Below the pieces are notes generated by a model. It did no database searches, was not told the origin of the DNA, and was given only the letters and a program-made list of their open reading frames with translations. The position numbers were made by a program, and so were the translations under genes. From Eledone cirrhosa (Eukaryota), in NCBI GenBank assembly GCA_964016885.1, contig OZ024743.1, positions 357,802,001-357,866,000 of the forward strand: a stretch of DNA of 64,000 bases, written 5' to 3'. This document shows, piece after piece, positions 26,575 through 40,420 of the stretch; the stretch's first letter is position 1; every line of letters begins with the position of its first letter.

Positions 26575-26850
26575 ATTAACCAGCCTACAGGCGCATGCTC
26601 AGAGTAGGTCCATTCACACGGACCATTCTCGCCACATTCACCCACCTTTTAGCATATGTACTGGAGGGCAGCACTTTTCTCTCCACCCGCACCATCCTTT
26701 CCAAGTGAAAGTTGAAAAAATTGATGAAGAATTGGCTGAAGAGAAAAGGGTCAGTTTTCAGGACTTTCAACTTCGTTACCATGCAACCTCTTTCGTTACC
26801 ACCACCAGAAGGAGGAAAACTGCCTGCTCTTCCCGGCCTTTCACTCCCAG
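26575..26850 (-). mobile_element. Divergent Tx1 ORF2 C-terminal fragment
   Basis: ERKVL..YAKRWVNVARMVRVNGP matches the end of ORF2. Confidence 0.8.
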
Positions 26851-26877
26851 GTAAGAAAAAAAAAGGTACTATTTGGA

Positions 26878-27270
26878 TGGCTGTTGACTGCTGAGTTCCT
26901 CCGCCCTTTGTCTGGTCTTGTATTTCATCCCGCAGGGTGTTCAAATATCACCCTGCGGCATGAAATACAAGACCAGGCAAATATCACCCTCCTCACCAAG
27001 CAAGCTTGGTGGGGTTGCCAGTTTAGTCGCCGACGCCCCGACCATGCGACGGGTTGCACTGTTACCAGTAGCACTCGAGAGCGACCTGACATACATACAT
27101 TCATACGTACATATATGGTGGCTGCCAACTCGTTTTCGAGTACGGCCGCAACTTTTATCGACCCCGTAAGGATGAAAGGCAAAATCAACCTCGGCGGGAT
27201 TTGAACTCAGATCGTAAAGGGACGTAACTATGCTGGAAAGCATGGCGTCCGACCCTCTACCGATACTGCC
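26878..27270 (-). mobile_element. Composite: SINE family 1 head, RTE-like tail, (TATG)n and RTE-like head
   Basis: Segments match 1176-1305, 24163-24198 and 22959-23165 respectively. Confidence 0.75.
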
Positions 27271-27809
27271 AGGGTATAATGTCGGGCTGTAAAATAAAAA
27301 TGTCTTATACAGTTTATGTCTACAAGCCAAAATTGCCTCAGATTTTTTGTTTAAAATTCATTCCTTGGCGTAGAGGATTTCCAGGACTTCAGCGATACAA
27401 ATTCCTATTCCACAACCCCCAACCGCGCACACAACATCACTGCATCTAACTTAGCTAAATTGCTTCCCGTATTGATATAAACAATCTTGAAGTTAGTTCT
27501 AGCTGCAATTGTATCAATAGGGACTACTGCCCTCTAGCCGGGAAATGCCTATCAAGCAATATCTATACTGTAAATGAGAATGTATGAGTATATCTGTGAA
27601 TGTGTATCTGTGCACGTCTATCAAAGGCTCTAAAACGGTGAATCCCAGAGAAAAAGAGTTTCCATTTTCGAAATCTGCGTCCCAAGGAGAATGTTTAAGG
27701 GTTGTTACTTATCAAAAATGTAATTGCTACGAGATATAAATCAACTTCAAGATCACCAATATTGAATATCATTTATCTCCACAACTGTCAGAATATCTCT
27801 CTCTATATA

Positions 27810-28505
27810 TCAATCTGTCTATGTCTTTTAAGTTTTTCTATCGGTCTCTCTCTGTATTTTACACTTTCCCCCTCTATATATATCTTTACAACACTCTCTC
27901 ACTCTCTTTCTATATCTTCTATACTATAAATGAAAGTGTATGTATATATTTGTGTATCTATGTTTGTATATGTGTGTATGTTACCTCTCTCTATCGGTCT
28001 CTCTCTGTATTTTACACTTTCCCTCTCTATATATATATCTTTACAACACTCTCTCACCTCACTCTCTTTCTATATCTTCTATACTATAAATGAAAGTGTA
28101 TGTATATATTTGTGTATCTATGTTTGTATATGTGTTTATGTTACCTCTCTCTATCTGTCTCTCTCTGTATTTTACACTTTCCCCCTCTATATATATCTTT
28201 ACAACACTCTCTCACTCTCTTTCTATATCTTCTATACTATAAATGAAAGTGTATGTATCTATTTGTGTATCTATGTTTGTATATGTGTTTATGTTACCTC
28301 TCTCTATCGGTCTCTCTCTGTATTTTACACTTTCCCTCTCTATATATATCTTTACAACACTCTCTCACTCTCTTTCTATATCTTCTATACTATAAATGAA
28401 AGTGTATGTATCTATTTGTGTATCTATGTTTGTATATGTGTGTATGTTACCTCTCTCTATCTGTCTTTTATGCTTTCCCCCTCGCTATATATCTCTCTAT
28501 ATATA
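27810..28505. repeat. Tandem repeat, ~153-bp unit, about 4 copies
   Basis: Unit starts recur at ~27841, 27994, 28154, 28307 and 28460. Confidence 0.9.
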
Positions 28506-28817
28506 AATCATACGTGCCAGTTCCAGTGAAGGGGAGGGTCTGTTTTGATTTTCGAAATCTGCGCCCCAAGGAGAATGTTTTACGGTTATTAGTTATCAAA
28601 AGCTGTTGATTACATGTGTGTGTGTATGTTTGTATATGTGTGTTGTATATGTGTGTGTGTGTTTGTATATGTGTGTATATTTGTGTATGTGTATATGCTG
28701 CCCTTCTCTACATGTCTCTCTCTGACCTTTACGCTTTTCCCCTCGCTAAGGTAAGGGTTGCGGTGTTTGTGTGTGTGTGTCGCGTCTAACATTGAATGTC
28801 ATTAGAAACCACAACTT

Positions 28818-29260
28818 TTGATTACCTGTGTGAAGAAGACTTGCGATTCTCACATAAATGTGGAATCCTGCAACTCTGTCAAATCAATTAAATATGTGTG
28901 TAAATATATACACAAAGGATCGGATGCTGCAATGTTTGCACTTCAAGAGAAAACCTACGATGAGGTTGCTCAATTCCAACAGGGCAGATACATCTCTTCC
29001 GATGAGGCATTTTGGAGGATTTGTGGCTTTCCCATTAATGATAGGTTTTTCTCGATTGAGAAGCTGGCAGTCAACTTGGAAAATAAACAACGAGTTTAGA
29101 TTCAACTTTAAAAGGCAGCCCAACTGGTCAATCATCCAAGACACATAACTCTTACAGGTTTTTTCACACTATGTGAGCAAGATCCATTTGCTAGAACTTT
29201 ATTCTACAACACAGCCCCATCCTACTACACATAAAACAATAAACAATTGAACCGGAGAAA
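28818..29260 (+). mobile_element. Helitron RepHel fragment
   Basis: HINVESCNSVKSIKYVCKYIHKGSD and DEV..FQQGRYISSDEAFWRI are conserved Helitron blocks downstream of the Rep motifs. Confidence 0.85.
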
Positions 29261-29401
29261 GCTTGCCCTGACTGTACAAGTATGGTTTGGGATAACGTTA
29301 GACAACACCTTGAGGACAGTGAGAGACAAGGAAGAGGTAAATAAGCAGACAGAGTTAAATAGAAGGGGGGGGGGGAATAAGATTATATTGGCGACACAAT
29401 A

Positions 29402-29945
29402 AGAGATATGGTGATATAGAGAGGAGAGAAGGGTTATAGTGGGAGGTGGGAGATATAGTGATATAGAGAGTAGGATGGATGGGCTATAGTGGGAGGTGAG
29501 AGATATGGTGATATAGGGAGTAGAAGAGAAGGGTTATAGTGAGGGGTGGGAGATATAGTGATATAGAGAGAGTAGGAGAGAAGGGTTATAGTGAAAAGTG
29601 AGAGATATGGTGATATAGAGAGAGTAGGTGTGAAGGGTTATAGTGAGAGATGAGATATAATGATATAGAGAGAGTAGGAGAGAAGAGTTACAGTGAGAGG
29701 TGAGAGATATAGTGATAGAGAGAGAGAGTATGAGTGAAGGGTTATAGTGAGAGGTGAGAGGTATGGTGATATAGGGAGTAGGCGTGAAGGGTTATAGTAA
29801 GAGATATGGTGATATAGAGAGAGTAGGAGAGAAGGGTTATAGTGAGAGGTGAGAGATATGGTGATATATAGAGAGAGTAGGAGTGAAGGGTTATAGCGAG
29901 AGGTGAGAGATATGGTGATATAGAGAGAGTAGGAGTGAGAGGTGA
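29402..29945. repeat. Purine-rich minisatellite, ~52-bp unit
   Basis: GAGATATGGTGATATAGAGAGAGTAGGAGAGAAGGGTTATAGTGAGAGGTGA repeated about 10 times. Confidence 0.9.
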
Positions 29946-30208
29946 TTAAGTGACAAGGGAGTAGGAGAGTCGGAGAGAAGACAACGTGAGAAGCTATGAT
30001 GGATTGATTGAGTTCCATACTGGTTTATTGATCGATTAAGCTGGGCTGGGTGTTAATGTATCTTGGCTGTAGCGTGACACTGACTCTTAAGGACAACATA
30101 CTTTCACTCATCTCTCTCTCCCTCCCTCCCTCTCTCTCTCTTAGACCTTCTGTCTCTCTCTCTCACACACTCTCTCTCTTTCTCTCTCTCTCCCACATTC
30201 ACCCCTCT

Positions 30209-30252
<44 letters not shown>

Positions 30253-30381
30253 TCTCTCTCTCTCTCTCTCTTACTCTGTCTGACTTTTTCTCTCACTTCA
30301 TCTCTGTCGTGTTATACTCTCTATGTTTTTTACTGACATTCTCTTTCGTTTTTCTTTTCATTCTCTCTCACACACTTTAAG

Positions 30382-30445
<64 letters not shown>

Positions 30446-30586
30446 CAATCTAGTTCTCTCTCTTTCAATCTTTACTCAGTTTATAAAATGGGACACATAC
30501 AAACACATTTGCTCTCTCACTTTCCCTTTCTCCCTTCGATGCAACCACTACCTCACGCCAACTTTCTCTATAGCTATCTATCTATC

Positions 30587-33500
30587 TGGGATGGACACAC
30601 GTGTGAAACTTGCTGGGTAAGTTCTGCCTAAATTTCCATAGAAATTCCTAACTGTAAACTTTCATTTTTGTACCATTTTGAAGAGGGACTGCCAGGTCAA
30701 CTTTTGATCTGGTCAGTCTCTCAAAATATTCTACGCCTTTAGGCGAAATAGTGTTGAAATATAATAACATTTTATCTTTCGAAAAATCCTTTGATAAAAA
30801 TGGCTGAAACATCTTCACCAACATTCAAAGGAAGAAAAGGGAAGTTAAACTCACAGCTTCCCCTTTCCACTGTCACAGCAGCAGATGCCAAAGGCAGAGG
30901 TCAGCCAGAGGATGAACTTTCTCCACCTGCTGACCGACAACTTGATGTAGCCACAACTATACAAGAAACTGAAAACAACAACAACAACAATAAAGACAAC
31001 AAAAACAACAACAACACCAACAACAATGAAAACAACAACACCACCAACAACAGCAACACGAACAAGGAAAAGGTTCACTTCGCCCAGACTGCAAGGAAAA
31101 CCATCGACTATCTGCCAGTAGATATAAGCAAAGCTAAGGAGCTACTGGCAGATGCCAAAAAAATACGTAGTGTACGGGGAAAATGGATCATTTTCGCCCC
31201 CCCCCCCCGGAACTAAAAAGCGAGAGGCTCCTAAACACTGTCATGTTTAGGACAGTCTCAAACAAAACCAAAAAAAAACAGCTCAACCATCACAGAGTGA
31301 GATAGAGCTGGTTTTAAATGATGTCTTTCATGACATCATATTCATTCAGAAGGATAGACTCTACGGGAGTCTATCCATTCTCACGAAGGACAGGGACACG
31401 GCAGCGAAACTGTCAATAAACCCAATCACATCCACCGCATACACCTTCTACCCTACGTACATGGGTAGAAGGACACAAAAAATAAAAATTCACACCATAC
31501 TTCTGATTATGGACATATGGTGGGTATTGACAGGTTTCCTGGACCAAGACGACGACACACTAATATCCATGGGAAAGGCATCGAGTGACGCCTTCAGTAG
31601 AACGGGCCTCGAACTTGTAGTTCAAATGAGGCCCGAAAGGATCGCCCAGATCCCTGAACGCGTCATACTGGATGATCAAACTTTTATTAACATTACCGTT
31701 GAGGGTAGGCGGCTCTCGTGTTACCTCTGTGGAGCCAGAGGTCACCTGAGGGCTGTCTGTCCTCTACTTAAAAATAAAACCCCAATCCTGCCTACACCAC
31801 CAACAACTGCGCAACCAACACAATCACCACAACCACCACTACAAAAACAACAACCACCACTGCAAAAACAACAATCACAGCTCAAACCAAAACAAAACAC
31901 TGTCCAACCCATCCCCCCACTAAAAAAAAAACAATTTCCAAAACACCCGCACCGCAAACAACCCGAAAATCTACCCCTCTCCTCCAACACGGAAGATGAT
32001 CCTTGTTCGACGTCAGACGAGGAGGAGCACTTCCACACAATGAAAAGAAAAAAAGAAAACACAACTCAAACACACAAATGAAAACAACCCCTCCCCAAAA
32101 CATAACACAGACACCAACACAAAAGAGCACACAACAACAGCAAACAAAAAACACCACACAAAAACAAAAACATGCATACACATACATAAACACAAGAAAT
32201 AAAAAACTGCTAAACATTGTATACAACAACAATTTAGTGAAAACCCAAGGGCCTAACTTCACCCAGGCAGGGGATTTCCCCCACCTCAAAATGTTTAAGG
32301 CCCCCAGAGGACACATATAAAACGCTAAAAAACAACTTTTAAAAGGACATGCCTCCCCCCCCCTCCCCCCTGCGTCAGGCCCATTAACCGCGTCCTCCTA
32401 AAAATTTCACCACCCCCTCCTCAAACACCCACACAACTCCAAACACCCCAACCACACAACACACTGATGCCCCTACACTTCCACAAACCACCACCCCACC
32501 CAACAACCCATCCCCCACCCTCATGGAAATTGTGCAGCCCGATACCCGGGACGCAGAGAGGTTAGTGCCTTTTCTCTTCACCACCAACATGGGTATGCTG
32601 AGAGTAGGTTGTCTAAATGCGCGTGGCCTGGGCTCAACTTGGAAGCAAGCAATGCTTCTAAATGACCTCAGGTCACAACGTATAGATGTGATGGTTATTT
32701 GCGAACCCGGATCAGCAACGTGCGACAGCTGGCCCCCACCTTTGATGACTTTGAGATGCACGCATCTCTCTGTCAACCCGGAGGTGGGGGTGGGGTTGTC
32801 GTTCTGCTGCAAAAACATCTGGGTCTCGCAACACAGACGGTACATTTGGACCCGGAGGGTCGACTAGTGGTTCTGGACCTTGGCAGTGATGAAAGCGGAG
32901 CGTTTAGGCTGGTAGCCTTCTACGGCCCTTTCGGGTCAACGCGGTCGGACTTCTTCCATCGTTTGAAGCCTTTTCTAGGGTCGTCCCGCTCCTTGCTATT
33001 AGTGGGGGCTGCAATGGTATCCTAGATGCACGTTGGGACTACGTAGGGACCTGTCCCGATAGAGAGGAGTGTAACAGCCTCAAAGGATTAATCGGCCGAT
33101 TTGACCTGGCCGATAGATATCGACTAGATTTTCCGACTGCGCCAACCTGGACTTGGGCAAACTGCAGCGGATCATCTAGGTCGTATAGATAGGTTCTTAG
33201 TTAGAAATAAGGATAAGGAGATTTTAAGTTGTCCAAAAATGCTCATGGTTGGCTATTCAGACCACAAGTTAGTGACGTGCATGGTCAACCTTGACAGAAC
33301 GCATAGACAGGGACCTGGTTACTGGAAGCTCAACTTGTCCTTACCGGCAAGTAAAGCTTACAGGGACCGGATTAGCACTTTAGTTAAGGAGCGGTTGACG
33401 AGAGCGATCGTCAACAGCAGGTGGTGGGAATCTCTCAAAAGAGAAATTAGAGAAATCTCTATAGAATTTAGTAAGGAGTTAGCCTCAAATAGAAATAGGA

Positions 33501-34877
33501 AGGAAAGGGAGTTGGTAGATAGTGTAGAAGAGGTAATTAGAAGCGGCGACGTGGCCAGAGTGCAAGCGTCGAGAACGGCCCTGGGCCAGTTCTTCGACGC
33601 GAAACACGAAGGCTGCATCGTCCGAAGCAAAATACGTGCTCTGGGAAACGAGGGGACCAAAGCTGTTAGCTGGGCCCGCGTGACAGAAGCCAAAGGTGCT
33701 AGCAAAGAGGTTGGTGCTTGTCGTGGGCAACCTGGTGAGAGATACGCAGACATGTGCTATCCCGTCCAGGTCCATCCACGACAACCTCCACCTCATGCGA
33801 TACATCATAGAGAGGGTTGGGAACGAACCTGGCTTTGGTGGGGCCCTGATCAACTTGGATCAATCTAAAGCGTTCGATAGGGTCGACAATGGTTACCTGG
33901 ATGCGGTGCTAGCGGCGGCAGGTTTCGGACCCGTTTTCAGGGGCTGGATCACTGCCATGCACCGCAGCCGCATCTGCTCTAGAGTCAAGGTGAACGGCTA
34001 CCTCTTGGAGCCGTTCGAAATCACGCGGTCCATCCGACAGGGGTGCCCTCTCTCCTCCCTTCTGTATGTATTGGCCCTCGAGCCACTGCGTTGTTGCAGG
34101 GCATCTCTTTGGAACCGGGATTGCGGAAAGCGGTGTCGGCCTACGCCGATGACGTAACAGTAATGGTGTCGACCAACTCGGAAATCGGGGCGATCAGCAC
34201 CTTACTGGAGGAGTACGAAAGGTTTACAGGGGCTAAGCTGAATTAGGACAAGTCGATCGGTTTGCAACTCGGCACGTTGTGGGACGCTGGACGGAAGGCC
34301 CGGTGAAGTTGCTCAGGGTCTGGTTCGGACCAGACCTCCAGGTGGAGAAGAACTGGGGTGAGGTAACGAACAGGGTGTTTGCACTGACCCAGAAGTGGGC
34401 CGAGTGCAAACTATCCATGAAAGGTCGGGCGGAGGTGGCGAACACTTATATAGCGTCCGTCATCTACTACCGCCTGACCGTCGTGCCTTGCCCAACGGCG
34501 AACAACTGGTCCTTTTCTTCTGATATCATTTCGGAAGAAGGATCAGGATGGAGAGAGAGGTGCTCCACCCCAGCCAGTTTTATGAAAGGTGGGTGAAAGT
34601 GGCGAGAATGGCCCGTGTGAATGGGCCTTCTCTCTATATCAGCCTGTAGGTGAAAAAGATGGAAGAACAAGGGAGCACCCTCTATCTGTGCTCCTGAGGA
34701 GAAGGGTTGCACACTTTTTTCGGGGGTGTGTGTGCGACCCCCCAAAACGCCTCCTCCCTATTGAGGACTTTATTGTTAATTTTATATTTATTTGTTTTTT
34801 ACTCGTTCTTTTGTGTAACCCCCCCCCCCTTATATTTGTCCCCTTCTTTTGTGCCCTCGTGGCAATAAATAGAAATT
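30587..34877 (+). mobile_element. Tx1 copy D, divergent subfamily, internally deleted
   Basis: ORF1 remnants (CYLCGARGHLRAVC) and ORF2 remnants from ATG ~32589 including YADD; different 5'UTR; TATC repeats at both ends. Confidence 0.92.
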
Positions 34878-34907
34878 TATCTATCTATATATCTATCTAT
34901 CTATCTC

Positions 34908-35203
34908 GAAAATGGCCCGGGTGAATGGGCCTTCTCTGCATATAAACCTGTAGGTTGAAGAAGATAAACAGAGGGAAGACGGGAACACCTACAAAACGCG
35001 TTCCTGGTGTTGAGGGTTGTTCTATCCACGGGGTGTAAAACAACCCCGCAGTAGCGTTCCCCCCTATTGGGGATTTCGATTGTTTTATTTTGTATATATT
35101 CTATTCTTATCCATTATTATTGTTAAAGAGTTTATGTAAAACCACCGCTGTCACGTCTTGTAATGTCCCATTTGTGTACGCCCTTGTGGCAAATAAAGAA
35201 ATA
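34908..35203 (+). mobile_element. Tx1 3' fragment stacked after copy D
   Basis: Matches 14890-15190; TATC on both sides. Confidence 0.85.
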
Positions 35204-35469
35204 TATCTATCTGTATCTATCTATCTATCTATATAATTACCTGCCTATGTATTACTTTGTATTTCTTCTCTATATTGAAACTCTATTGTATAAATATCTG
35301 CCATTATCGCAGGTTATTAACGAATGTATAATAGGTAAGTAGATCAAACTATACAGAAAGCCAGTGAAAGAATCTTCACTCGGTCGTTCGACTTGCTAGA
35401 AGAAGCAGTCAAATCTATCTGAAATGACAAAGGAAAGACACATTAGAATAACATGGTTCTAGGAAAACA

Positions 35470-35768
35470 CCCCCTTCGGTCACGAATGGCCATAGGATTT
35501 GCACAAATCCGAGTTAGGTTGTTTGTGGAAGACCAGCAGTCGCCCATGCATAACAGTCTCCCTTCTCCACGCTACCGATGATGCCCAAGGGAAAGGAATG
35601 GCTGATACAGCTTGGTATCTGTGACGTCGCAACTCATTTCCACAGCTGAGTGAACTGGAACATCGTGAAATAAAGTGTCTTGCTCAAGAATACAACGCAA
35701 ATTCGGTCCGAGAATCGAACGCACGACCTCACGATTGTAAGCCCGACGCTCTAACCACTAAGCCATGC
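35470..35768 (-). mobile_element. tRNA-headed SINE, family 2
   Basis: Reverse-strand homolog of 55230-55565 (TTGAGCAAGACACTT core). Confidence 0.8.
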
Positions 35769-36149
35769 TTAGGTACATTATGTTGAAATAAAGATGAGAA
35801 ATTCACAGCTGAAATATCTTTGGTCAAATTTCTGCTTAAATAACGACAAAAACAACAATACAGAGATAAATCTGACACAACACTCAGTAAATGAAAATAA
35901 TCCTATGTAGGATAAATATAAAGAGCATTGCATAAACCAAATATAACCTGGTTAAAGAATGTTATTAAAAAGTGTATCACGGAACACAATGTGCACTTTG
36001 CAATACACACAATTATAAACTAATCTTCTCATTAGCAACCAATCACACGCCTGTAAAAAAGAGTTAGAATTGGTTCAGATCACTTTTTTAGTTCGCAAAA
36101 TTATATGCAAGCACGAATGTTGTAAATTCTTTAACTAATTGTTACATTG

Positions 36150-36430
36150 TGGAGGCACGCGGCTTAGTGGTAAGTGTGTTGAACTTACAATCATAATGTT
36201 GTGGGTTCGAATTCTGGGGTGGGTTTTGTGTTGTGTACTTGAGCAAAACACTTCATTTCACGTTGCTCCAGTATACTCAGCTGAAAATGAGTACCAGCAA
36301 TAGCTGGGAATTTAACCCTGCGATGGACTGGCGTCCTGTCCAGGGGAAGTCTAGTACTCTTAATCGTTTCCAGCCATGAAACCGGGATAAGCACCGGCCA
36401 AATGAGCCTTCTGGCTTAAGGCAGACTTTA
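36150..36430 (+). mobile_element. tRNA-headed SINE, family 2-related
   Basis: GGCTTAGTGG A-box, GGTTCGAATTC B-box, TTGAGCAAAACACTT core; homolog at ~53525-53790. Confidence 0.8.
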
Positions 36431-36671
36431 GAATTGTTACATTAGGAATATAAATACCAAACTTTCTCCCCAATCGACCACTAATTTACTAAGCAGTATC
36501 TACACGGTCGCTTGACCTGATAGATATAGTAGACAAGCCACCACCACCCCCGGCCGAAAAAACCCCATACCCTATCTTCTTAAAAAGGACACATTGCATA
36601 TTGTATTCTTAGATAACTTTGATTGTGTAACTGCTCGATCAAAGATGATATGGGGCGAAACAATGACAAAA

Positions 36672-36862
36672 ATAATTGTTTCTATTTATGGCACAAGGCC
36701 AACAATCACCCAGTGCATTACTGGTACTTTATTTTATCGACCCCGTAAGGATGAAAGGCAAAGTTAACCTCGGTGAGATTTGAACTCAGAACGCAAAGGA
36801 ACATAACTCCATGTTGTAAAGCACGGTGTCTGACGCTCTACCGATAGTGCCAATCCACCGCT
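36672..36862 (-). mobile_element. SINE family 1
   Basis: Homology to 1176-1355. Confidence 0.85.
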
Positions 36863-37208
36863 CTAAACAATGACAAAAATAATAAAAAGCTAATGCAACA
36901 TATTACACAACGCAACACTAAACAGACAATGATTTATCTAATCGAACTAACTGCCAAAAATGCGTCAACTATTCAAACTGGTATACCTGGTTTAATATAG
37001 TGCCTTTAATATTGTGACTTTAAATATAATTTCTGAGTGTTCAGTTAAGAGCTGAGTAAACGGTTTACTTTTAACTCTTTAAATTATCGAAATACAACTT
37101 CTCCCATTCGGGAAATATTAATATATTTTATGAAATAAATATTGTTTAAGATAATTAAGAGTTTGGAAATATTTAGTAATATAACTCGTTGAAGTGTGTA
37201 TGTATATG

Positions 37209-37550
37209 TGTGACATCTGAACGAGTATCCTCCACCTCCAACTATCTTAACCTCTGCCTCTTGGTGCCGGCCGACAGGATAGAAAATACATTGCCTGAGA
37301 GATCGGCAAAGGAGAGGGAAAACTACTCCACCAGGCTCGCACCTATAAGCAGCCAACGCCGCTCCGATAGCAAGGAACAGGGATGTGGTCAGGGGGCCAA
37401 GAACGCCGAAAGTCTCAGTTGATAGAAGTTCTACTACAAACCTATCAGAGAGCGGCCGATACTTGGACAGTTTGCCTTCTTCGTCCTGGCGAGCAGCAAA
37501 GCCTGGGCTGGTATCTGAACGTACCAGGTTGCTACTAGAGAGGTATCACA
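37209..37550 (+). mobile_element. Possible solo LTR
   Basis: TGTGA...TCACA termini, GC-richer than flanks, TATAAG at ~37344. Confidence 0.3.
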
Positions 37551-38590
37551 GCATGTAGCATCCTAGATGTAGGAGCTACCCCCGCGAAACGGGAAGATAG
37601 TCATGCCGTCTGGCCTTTTGCCATCCCCTCGGTCCAGTCCTGCTGGCTCGACTTGGGAAGGGAAGCCTGCGCAATCCAAGTTATGCTTTATATCATTGAG
37701 AATAGCATGGCATTGCTGGTGAGAATGTAATTATGTTTTAAACTATAGTCCAGTCGATCCCTCTTTCTCTATTCACAGGAAATTTTGTAAACAAACAGGC
37801 CGTATATTGGGACAGAATATATATGGTAATGTTAAAGACTATAATTGTTTGGAATACATAACGACATTTTAAACATTATAAACAAGGTAACGACAGTTGT
37901 AATCTTCGCTGAGAAAATGAATACAAAGTTTTATAATAGCTTCAGCTGGAAAAAATAATGTCCAGTGTTAATATGTTTTTGTCGACACAAATCAAAATAT
38001 TTCTTAAAATATTTTTGAATTATCTGACGACTGAAAACCGAATTATCGGGTAACACAATCCTGTATGCACTAAAAAATTAAAATATTTCTTCAGTTAACC
38101 GGAAAAAAAAACTTTTTTCTGTCTTCATACATCAAAAAGACAAACAAAAAATGAGTGATAGAATTTATACAATGAAATTCCTGCAAACAGATTTCTACTA
38201 TTAACGCGTATAGTCAACGTTATTTTTGGGGTTTGTTTTGTTTTTATTTTATTTATTTATTTATTTATTTTTTGTAATGAGACATTCCAGGAATTAACAA
38301 AATGTAGTATAATACATTCGCCTTATAGTAACTCATCTAACATAATCAAATCTACATCTCTCAGGATACTGTTAGTTAAAGTGGTACAGGAATTGAACCT
38401 CGCAGCTACAAAGTAAAAGAGAAGTACTAAATGTTGCTTTTATGAAAATTGATGTTTATGTTAGAAGTGAATATTTCAGATCCGTTATTTGTTTATATAT
38501 GTATATGTTTATGTATAGACATATATATTTACATAGAAATGTTTATAAATATGCATATTCGTATATACTCACAATATAGTATTGTGTATA

Positions 38591-39702
38591 TCTATAATAT
38601 AAAGCTGACGGCCGTATGTATGTAACAAACTTTTCGCCAAACGGCTGGACCAAACAGCACCAAATTTGCACCATAGATGTAACTTTTCCCAAGTAAAAAT
38701 GTGAGGGTATTTTTGTCTCCTGAATTTTGTTAAAAGATTAAAGACATTATTTAAATATTCACTTCTTTAAAATTTCAGATGTCAACACTTCCGGTTACAC
38801 GACATTCCTCACTCTTTCTTAGTCTGTCTTTTTAGATAGATACATAGCTATGACGTTGCGCTCTTATAATATGTCTCTGTATGTCTGGCTATCTGCATTA
38901 GATACATAGCTATGACGTCGCACAACATCCCTCTCTTTTTCTTAGTCTGTCTTTTTAGATAGATACATAGCTATAACGTCGTGCCCTTATAATATATCTC
39001 TGTATGTCTGGCTGTGTGCATTAGATAACGTTTTTCGAAACATTTACTTCTGCGTTCACAGATTAATTTTTTTTTAGTTTCAGAAGATCCCGTTAAGGGT
39101 GAAAGCAACGATTCTTTGCTTAAACTTTAATCTGTTATTTTAATATATATATTCGTGTACAGATATTTTTGCATACACAAAAACAAAATATAAACAAACC
39201 TATTTATTTCACGAAAGCACAGACGGCTTATCGTCATTGTTACTGCCGATATGCCACCCAAAAAGTCCCAGCCTGGCCGCAAGATCAGATTTTCCAGAAG
39301 AAAAAATGTTACTAGAGCAAGAGAGTCTGAAGATTATCATGAACGTTGCCTTCAGCAGATGAGGACTCAAGCGAGAGCCATTCGATCAGCCCAGTCTCCC
39401 CTTCAACAACTGAGGTCCCGTGCAGAAGGCAGGAGAGCAACACAGATTGAAGCCAGATTGAAGCAGGTGAGTTCACAAGCTGATTGCATCCACATTGCAT
39501 TACAGCAGCAGTGTGCCATACAGGTCCTTGCAAAACTGAGTCCGATTTTTAACTATTCAAAATCAACATCAGAGCACGTCACCCCCACCCCCACCATACC
39601 CCACCACCACCACCACCACCACCCTTGCTGACTTGAAAGGGAGTGCTGTATCTTTGCACTAAAAAGATAAAATGCCGGTATACCTAGCCGAACGCCAGCT
39701 AG
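38591..39702 (+). mobile_element. Non-autonomous Helitron-like element
   Basis: 5' A|TCTATAATATAAAG and 3' CTAG|T termini; short ORF at 39251 resembles basic Helitron N-termini. Confidence 0.55.
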
Positions 39703-39820
39703 TATATATATATATTTATATATATGTGTGTATGTGTGCGTTTGTGTGTGGATGTATATATATATATATATATATATGTCTATGTATGGCTATGTATATA
39801 TGTGTATATATATATGTGTG

Positions 39821-39907
<87 letters not shown>

Positions 39908-39960
39908 GTGTGTGTGTGTGCGTGTGTACATTTTTGTGTATATGTATATATATATATACT

Positions 39961-40420
39961 TTCTAGCTGACTTTTGGAAGGCTCCCGTACAACTCTGAGT
40001 TTTCATCCTCAGTGCATACTGATTAATGTTCAGAGCCATCCTCAGCATTCTCGTGTAGCACCTATCCACCATCTGAGTGAGTTTCTTGGTCAGTGTCCAA
40101 GTCTCAGACTACACTGTAGCAACGAAGAGACGGATCTTCAGGTCTTTACGAAGTCAGCTCGAAAGTAACACTGAGGAGACTGGGGTTAGCTGGACATGCT
40201 CACCGACATTCAGAGTCGACACTGCACTCAATGCTCCTGTGGGATCCCCTACACGGACACACTAGAAGAGGGAGATCGAGGTTCACATATATTGATGCCC
40301 TAAAACAAACACTGGCCTCTGGGAGACGCAGGACATGGCGACAATGATGAAGGACAGAGATCGCTGGAGAGAACTCGTCCATGGATCTCGGAAATTTTAC
40401 CCACTCTAGATAGATAGATA
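39961..40420. mobile_element. RTE-type LINE 3' fragment with inverted 5' part
   Basis: Minus strand reads [15 protein letters not shown]; plus strand reads RRLGLAGHAHRH..LLWDP.HG..RRGR..TYID; (TAGA)n tail. Confidence 0.7.

Noticed and set aside
27810-29945. Tandem repeats as CRISPR arrays
   Set aside because: No unique spacers, no cas genes, eukaryotic context
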